Below, in pieces: positions 57,200 to 64,000 of a stretch of 64,000 nucleotides of DNA. The stretch covers positions 8,494,001 through 8,558,000 of the forward strand of contig NC_043000.1 in NCBI RefSeq assembly GCF_006345805.1, given 5' to 3'. Position numbers and translations under genes: made by a program. Positions within the stretch are counted from its first letter, which is position 1; each line of letters opens with the position of its first letter. The DNA comes from Octopus sinensis. Lineage: Eukaryota. Below the pieces are notes generated by a model, which saw only the letters and a list, made by a program, of their open reading frames with translations, ran no database searches and was not told where the DNA came from.

Positions 57200-57510
57200 G
57201 CTCCTTTTCTGGCAGATTTCTTGGTCATGGTGTCGTCTAACGTCATTGAAGACATTTTGCATGGTCAAATTTATAAAAAGGTGAGGAGAATCGAGATGTG
57301 CGCTTTGAAGTAAAGTATCTGGATGCGACGGCAGTTGCTTCTCATCCGTATTAGACAATGACATCGAGTTGAATGGGGCAGTGGATTACTCTGATGCAGC
57401 CGTAGAAGCTGGACACTTCAGTTAGAGCGTAGTTAAAGCATAGTGTGTGACCCGGATCCGCAATGCTCGAAGTTTTACTAATATAAATGCATATCCGATC
57501 GTTCAGGTAT
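57200..57510 (-). pseudogene. Possible decayed RTE endonuclease fragment
   Basis: LNDRIC...YALTE..SFY..CP..DVIV resembles APE motifs. Confidence 0.35.
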
Positions 57511-57562
57511 TGTGAATCTAAGTGGTGAAACAACAAGACCTAAACAAGGCTGGGGTGTCATA

Positions 57563-58182
57563 TATCCATTTTCCGGGTGTTTCATCTTTCAGATGTTCTC
57601 CCTGGAGGTAAGACGGTTTTTTTTCTCTATTTTGTTGCACACACGCATTTTTGCTAATACATACGCGGTGAAGCTACACATTAGCGTCGTATTTTACGTT
57701 CGCTATTTCCAGTAAATATCGGTACTTAGTTGTGCCATTTATTTACTAATTTGTGTATTTTTCCCTCACGGGCTACTTTTTACTGGAAGGCAATACTTTG
57801 TATTGCATTACTGATATTTTGAAACTTCTTCACCGTTTCTCGTACTGTTAGCGTTCCGTATTTCAGTCGAGTGTGTTAGTATTAATGTGGTAACATCGTA
57901 GATTTCGTCTTGGTATATGTTTGGCTGAAGAAGGTAAAGCAAATATGGGTGAGAGACATATCTTGCAAAACCTGAAACCTGCAGGTACCACATTATCCAT
58001 TTTCCGGGTGTTTCATCTTTCAGATGTTCTCCCTGGAGGTAAGACGGTTTTTTTTCTCTATTTTGTTGCACACACGCATTTTTGCTAATACATACGCGGT
58101 GAAGCTACACATTAGCGTCGTATTTTACGTTCGCTATTTCCAGTAAATATCGGTACTTAGTTGTGCCATTTATTTACTAATT

Positions 58183-58185
<3 letters not shown>
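57563..58185 (+). mobile_element. Retrozyme/pLTR-like non-coding element: identical 192-bp direct repeats flanking an HHR-containing unique part
   Basis: 57563-57754 equals 57994-58185 (period 431); HHR at 57919-57993; preceded by TA and followed by (TA)n. Confidence 0.8.
57919..57993 (+). ncRNA. Type I hammerhead ribozyme motif (best in window)
   Basis: GUUUGG-CUGAAGA-AGGU AAA GCAA AUAUG..CAUAU C UUGC AAA ACCU-GAAA-CCUGCAGGU-A^CCACAU; cleavage predicted after 57987. Confidence 0.8.
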
Positions 58186-58266
<81 letters not shown>

Positions 58267-58288
58267 TGTGTGTGTGTGTGTGTGTGTG

Positions 58289-58324
<36 letters not shown>

Positions 58325-58537
58325 GTATGTAAGTAAAATAAAAAATAAATGTTTCCTTCTCGAGCCTTGCCCGGTTCATGAGGGCCGGTTTCCTGGCTCA
58401 GTGGCGTATATATTCCCCTTCTGGACGGGACGCCGGTCTGTTGCAGCGTTACTCATTTTTGCCAGCTGAGTCGACTGAAGTAACGTGAAATGAAGTGTTT
58501 TGCTCAAGAGCACAACGTGTCGCCCGGCCCGGGATGT

Positions 58538-58569
<32 letters not shown>

Positions 58570-58682
58570 ACAAACACATACACACACATACACACAAACA
58601 CATTCACACACACGCACGCACGCACACACACACACAAACACATACACCCACACACATACACACAAACACATACACACACACG

Positions 58683-58723
<41 letters not shown>

Positions 58724-58724
58724 T

Positions 58725-59110
58725 ATAAAGGGGGTAAGTTTATGGGGTTACTTGGGTTTCTCGCTCATAAGACCCCAAACACTGCTGGCTTAAGACCTCC
58801 TCAAAATGTGGAGGGGGGAAATTCCTCTCTATAAAAGAAAACACTAGGTGATTATCTCCCTTTGCCATTGGTCACCGAGCCTCGGCCGCGCCGCTACATT
58901 GTGGTCACCGAAGAACCACGAAGGTGAACGATTGTCTACCTTCGGCCTTGGCTATTGGCTTCTCTAAAATGCAAGCATGGCCCGAATATCTCCGTCCTGG
59001 AGTTCAGGATGCTTTCTGGCTCGATCGAGTCTTTTAAGACTTTTGTGTGTTCGGCAATGCATACCGGGTGGTGCTGCAATGAAAGTTTCCCCAGGTAGTG
59101 ACAAAATAAC
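58725..59110 (-). mobile_element. Penelope-like element 3' relic followed by a minimal HHR-like motif (58744-58776)
   Basis: VCIAEHTKVL...ILNSRTEIFGPCLH resembles the PLE C-terminal LC..EK..I....LLN.RSE....C.H motif. Downstream on the same strand: GGGGU CUUAUGA GCGA GAAAC CCAA GUA ACCCC. Confidence 0.55.
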
Positions 59111-59963
59111 ATCATCATCACCACTATCACCACCAAGGAAAAAAAAAGCAATTGCAGCTATAAGAAAATGCTAATTTCTCATTTAGTTCATTGACTCATG
59201 TTTTGTTTGAATTATTGAGGTTTAATATTTTAAATTATAAGAATGTGAGAGAAAGTTGTGGCGAAAGAGTCAGCAGAAGTTCGCCATTACCTTCTGCCGG
59301 AGCCGCGTGAAACTTAGGTGTTTCGCTCATAAACACACACATCGCCCGGTCTGAGATTCGAACCCGCGATCCCTCGACCGCGAGTCCGCTGCTCTAACCA
59401 CTAGGCCATGTGCCTTCACTTTAAATTATAAGAATGTGGCCCCAAAAATTGTTTATTTGGCAATCTAGCTTTACTGCTCAAAACTAATAAACCAAGGGCA
59501 ATTTTCTTCTGTTTCATATCAGTTTAATACACCTAGAAACTACTAAATTTGTAATCCGATAGATCTATTCTCCATCAGGAATTTAAATGGTAAAATGAAA
59601 TATTCAGGCGTAGGAGTGGCTGTGTGATAAGTAGCTTGCTTACCAACCATATGGTTCTTGGTTCAGTCCCACTGCGTGTCACCTTGTGAGTGGATTTGGT
59701 AGACGTCTACCAAATCCGTTCAAGGCTTTGATCGACTCGGGGCTATAGTAGAAGACACTTGCTCAAGGTATCATATGACTGAACCTGGGACCATGTGGTT
59801 GAGGAGGTATCTTTTTACCGCTCCTCAACCACATGGTTCCAGGTTCAGTCATATGATACCTTGGGCAAGTGCCTTCTACTATAGCCCCGAGTCGATCAAA
59901 GCCTTGTGAATGGATTTGGTAGACGGAAGCTGATAGAAGCCCGTCGTGTTTATAAATATATGT

Positions 59964-60000
<37 letters not shown>

Positions 60001-60279
60001 TGTGTGTGTGTGTGTGTGTGTGCGTGCGTGTATGTGTGTGTGTGTGTGTTTGTCTCGCATCACCGCTTGACAACTAGTGTTGCCCTGTTTACGTGCCCGT
60101 AAGAGACCGATAGAATAAGTCCCGGGCTTTAAAAAACCCCACATAAATATGAGTATTGGGGTTGGTTTGTTCGACTAAACCCTTCAATGCAGCGCCTTTC
60201 AATGGCAGCAGTCTATTAACTGAAACAAGTGAAAGATAAGAGACAATAGATATTCAAACAAAAAAATATATTATATTAC

Positions 60280-60834
60280 CTCTGCAAGACTTTATGAAGA
60301 AGTTTTTCCCAATAGATTCCAAAGATTTATAATTGAAAAATCTATAGACACCATTATCTGGGTCACTTGCAATAACTTTTAATTCCTTTATATGATATTT
60401 TTTACCGATTCCGATAGCATAGACTTTTATACCAAGTCGATGGAGATTTGCCGCTTCTGCTTTTGTCTTTCTGTGGGAACGGGAATTACCATCTGTGATA
60501 ACTATTGTGACCAAAGTGGCGTTGCTTTTGACTAATGACTGGAATTGCTCTTTAACAAGTTTTAGAGCTGCTGCTGTATTTGTCCAACCACTTCGGTAAC
60601 GAATTTTACTAATAGCTTTTTGCAGTTTTTCTTTGGTAACATATTGCCCAATAGGAAATTCCAAATGGGCCTTTTTACTGTATGTTATAACACCCATGCG
60701 CATTTTATTCATACCCACTTCAAAAGAATCAACGAATTCCTGTATAAATTTCAGAAGCCGCTCATAATCCTTTGGCCAGATACTTGAAGAAGAATCCAAT
60801 ACAAACAAGATGTCGGTTTCTTTTCCAACGCATT
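60280..60834 (-). CDS. Exon of secreted VWA-domain protein: VWA domain 1 with intact MIDAS
   Basis: Acceptor tttctag|AATGC at 60834 and donor AGAG|gtaata at 60280; 555 bp, phase 1-1. Translates ECVGKETDILFVLDSSSSIWP...TNTAAAL...IVITDG...KSCR: DxSxS, T and D MIDAS residues, flanking Cys pair. Confidence 0.9.
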
Positions 60835-61977
60835 CTAGAAATAAAAATTATAAAAAGAAATTAGTGAAACAAAATGGATATTATTATGAAATTCGTTAAG
60901 AGAAAAGTGCGAATATTTATCAATTATAAATGACTTGCAGAATTGAATTGATTCCGTCCTTTAAACTTATGCCTTCAAATATTGCAGAGATTGAATTTAC
61001 TTTTTTTTTTATCTTGGCGGATCGATAAAAATAAAAGCCAGTAATAAAATAGAAATGATTTCACTTGATTATATCGACCCCACTTCAAAAATAATTGTTT
61101 TTATATCTCTACTAAAACCTAATCAGTATGTATTTATTCAGTATTATTGCTAACAGCTCTGTTTTTCAATAAATCTTTTACACGGAATTTACAACAATCT
61201 CAAATGGTTGTACTAGCACAAAATTCCAGACGCCGATGCTTCACACTGCAGTTGAAATATTCATATCTTGTAGCAAACTCATTTCCAGACAGGAATATTT
61301 TTTTACACCTAATGCCGTTCATGACTAAATCTAGCTAGCATTCTTTTGTTTCTATAAAAAGTGTTAATGCTACTTAAAAAGGACTGAAAGCTGAGTCGGT
61401 AGGGAGCCGTTAGAAAACTACTCTAACGACCAGAACACACACACACATATATAACACACGCGTGGCCCTCCACATCCTACCTCTCTTTCTCACACAGAGC
61501 AAAATTCTCGGCTGAAGCATCAGCAGTATTCTAAAAGTTGACGAATTTTCGTTGGCTTTCAAATAACTTCAATTTTACCGCGGGAAAAGTTTTTGCAGAT
61601 TGTTCTCCTTTAAATTCATTGGGATATTTTACCCACAAAAGCGTAGATCAACAGACAGTATTTAAATTTGATTGTATATTATAATAGAATCGGTGAAATA
61701 AGTACTAATAGTATATGCAAGAATGATTAAATCGAGGGCTTTAGGGTTCCAACTTAGCGTTTTAAATGCGGAACAATATTTCAAATGAAATGCAAAATGC
61801 ACGGGCAAATAGACAAAACAAAAAAACAAAAAACAAACTAACAAATATATAATAAGGTAAAAAAAAACAAAGCAATCGGAGACAGAGTTCTCATAGCTAA
61901 GCAATAATTCCCAGATATTTTCATATCCAAAATCACTTCGAGCTCAAATCATTTTGTGATTTCATCTAGAATTGTTG

Positions 61978-62181
61978 GGTACTATTTAAGAAGAGTGGTC
62001 CCGGTGCGCGCACTCGCGTACTCGCGCTAGCTAGTCGTGACTAGTCGATCCTACAACGACTACCTAGCAAAGTAAATCAAACACAAAAACACAAAGTAAG
62101 GATCGACTAGTCACGACTAGCTAGCTCGGATGCGCGAGTACGCGAGTGCGCGCACCGGGACCACTCTTCTTAAATAGTACC
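61978..62181. mobile_element. CpG-rich palindromic MITE with 9-bp TSD (Merlin- or Mutator-like)
   Basis: TIR GGTACTATTTAAGAAGAGTGGTCCCGG..., arms identical except for an 8-nt indel; TSD GAATTGTTG at 61969-61977 and 62182-62190. Confidence 0.85.
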
Positions 62182-63423
62182 GAATTGTTGTATTGGATTT
62201 CTGTTAAGCTAATCTAAACAACTAAATTTCTTAGCTTTTGAAAACTATTTACATACTTTGGCAAAAGAAATAAGCTATTAGTGAGTTCTTTAGATTAATG
62301 AATTTGAGTCGAATTCTCGACATATTTTTGATTTTCAATGGAATCCAATTCATTTGCGTCACAAGAAAACTTTGTGCGTCACCTTCCCTGAAATACAGTC
62401 TTCGTGTCTGGTCAAAAGGAGACCAATATTTGATTAATTATAAATGATTTCTAATAATTCAATACTAAACAAACCACCCTCGAATACCATATGCGATACA
62501 CGAGGAATGCCATATGTAATATGAACTGAATGACTAGCAGGAATCAACAAATGATGGTAAACTAATTAAGTCTTAATATAAGACTGCTTTTTGGTTTGAT
62601 TTATCAAATGGAAAGTCAACAACGCCGGAATGTTATAGCACGCACACAAACGCACACACGTTTCAACGCAAGCTCACACGCATGCATACACACATGCGCA
62701 AACATACGTACACACATACACAAACATACATATACATGCACATACACACACAAACACGTAAATACACATATTGACATGCACGTACACGCATACAAATACG
62801 AACACAAAACACAAACAACACACACACACACACACACACACGCACAGACACAGACACACACATGTACACTTACTAAATGTGTATATGTAAACACAAATTT
62901 GACATTTAGTATAAAAATGAAATATCAGCAAAACGTTGTTATTTTTTTGTTTGTTTGAAATAATGGCAGTAACGTAGAAGAAGCGAACCGTTTCAAAAGA
63001 ACTTAATTATATCCCTGACAGATAAAGCTAATAAACATAAATATGTTTATTAGTTTTATCGTTTGGTGGTAGGAAGACAGGAAGGGGAAGAGGAAACAAT
63101 AACCTATGAGTTACTGCTAACTACCATGTCGTTCCACGTGTGTGTAATCCAGGGGGAAATCAGTGGCTGCCAGTAAGTCTTTCGAAATTCTGTGTTGGTT
63201 GGGTTACTAGTCACGAGCTAAGCATGATGAGGATATAGCAATATGCACCCGCTTATAAGGCAGCCTACTGCCGATTCCAGCCCATGTTGTATCTGGTCGT
63301 AAACTTAATTGGATACCGTTGCTATCGAAAGCTCCCTGGCGATCAGTGCACGTCTCTTCTCTCTGATGGAACCGGGGGATATATATATATATGTATATAA
63401 TATATATATATATATATATATAG

Positions 63424-63475
<52 letters not shown>

Positions 63476-63834
63476 TTATAATATATATATATACTTGTAT
63501 ATATATATATAGAGGTTATGAGATGTAATGGTGTCATTGGACCCAGAAATGTCAGGTAATGCTGAAGAAGTTAAGTTCCAGGTTTGGTGATATGCGAATA
63601 GGGATTCAACGTAGGTCTATATCAGCGTGTGTATATAAAAAATTTTTTTCGTAATGAGATAAAAAACAAGTAGATAGGTCTTACAGCTGTTTGCAGGATA
63701 TTTATTACATCCCTTCATCGGTTATAATATATATATATTATAGTATATAATATATATATATATATATATATTCTCTCTAGTTTCAGCTCAGAGCTGCGGC
63801 CATGCTGGTGCACCACCGTTAAAATTGATGAACA

Positions 63835-63877
63835 ATCTTAGTCGATTTTCGAACCCTACTCGCTTCTCATCAGAGGC
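63835..63877 (-). ncRNA. HHR-like motif, core intact, helices partly mismatched
   Basis: GCCU-CUGAUGA-GAAGC GAGUAG GGUUC-GAAA-AUCGACU-A^AGAU. Confidence 0.4.
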
Positions 63878-64000
63878 GTCCACATCTTCTGACAGTCTCG
63901 TCGTATTCTTCTCCGTGCAGATTACACTACATTCCAACTTTACCGCCAAAGGTTTTGTCTTTGTGTATGTAGAGCTCACTCAGCCTCTCATTGATCCCTG

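Noticed and set aside
63788-63979. 63-aa ORF as a host exon
   Set aside because: Runs through an HHR-like motif and a SINE tail; no domain similarity recognised.
60835-64000. Signal-peptide exon of the VWA gene
   Set aside because: The few candidates inspected (about 61200-61320, 61580-61620, 62480-62560) lack a hydrophobic core or a phase-1 donor; it probably lies outside the window.

Overview
AT-rich, repeat-dense eukaryotic DNA. The tRNA-derived SINE families and the (TA)n/(CA)n/(TAA)n microsatellite load resemble an Octopus (cephalopod) genome; this is an inference, not a database result. One host gene is supported: three in-phase exons on the minus strand (60834-60280, 51460-51224, 42343-41751) encoding a MIDAS-intact VWA domain, a Thr-rich linker and a degenerate, heavily N-glycosylatable VWA domain. 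Its 5' exon(s) were not found. The rest is mobile DNA: a near-intact 4.4-kb RTE LINE (broken only by an 8-bp duplication, with a PHD-like finger inside the RT), further RTE, CR1, Dong/R4-like, Penelope-like (PLE), Gypsy, mariner, hAT and Merlin relics, MITEs and many SINEs. The most notable unannotated signal, found by eye, is about 15 type-I hammerhead-ribozyme (HHR)-like motifs from several unrelated sequence families. Four have a complete catalytic core and all three helices (27.6, 39.4, 49.8, 57.9 kb). The one at 57.9 kb sits in a young 623-bp non-coding element with identical 192-bp direct repeats (431-nt period), which is retrozyme/pLTR-like. The one at 49.8 kb lies in sense orientation in the last intron of the VWA gene. 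All alignments and RNA structures were done manually; boundaries of decayed relics are approximate.
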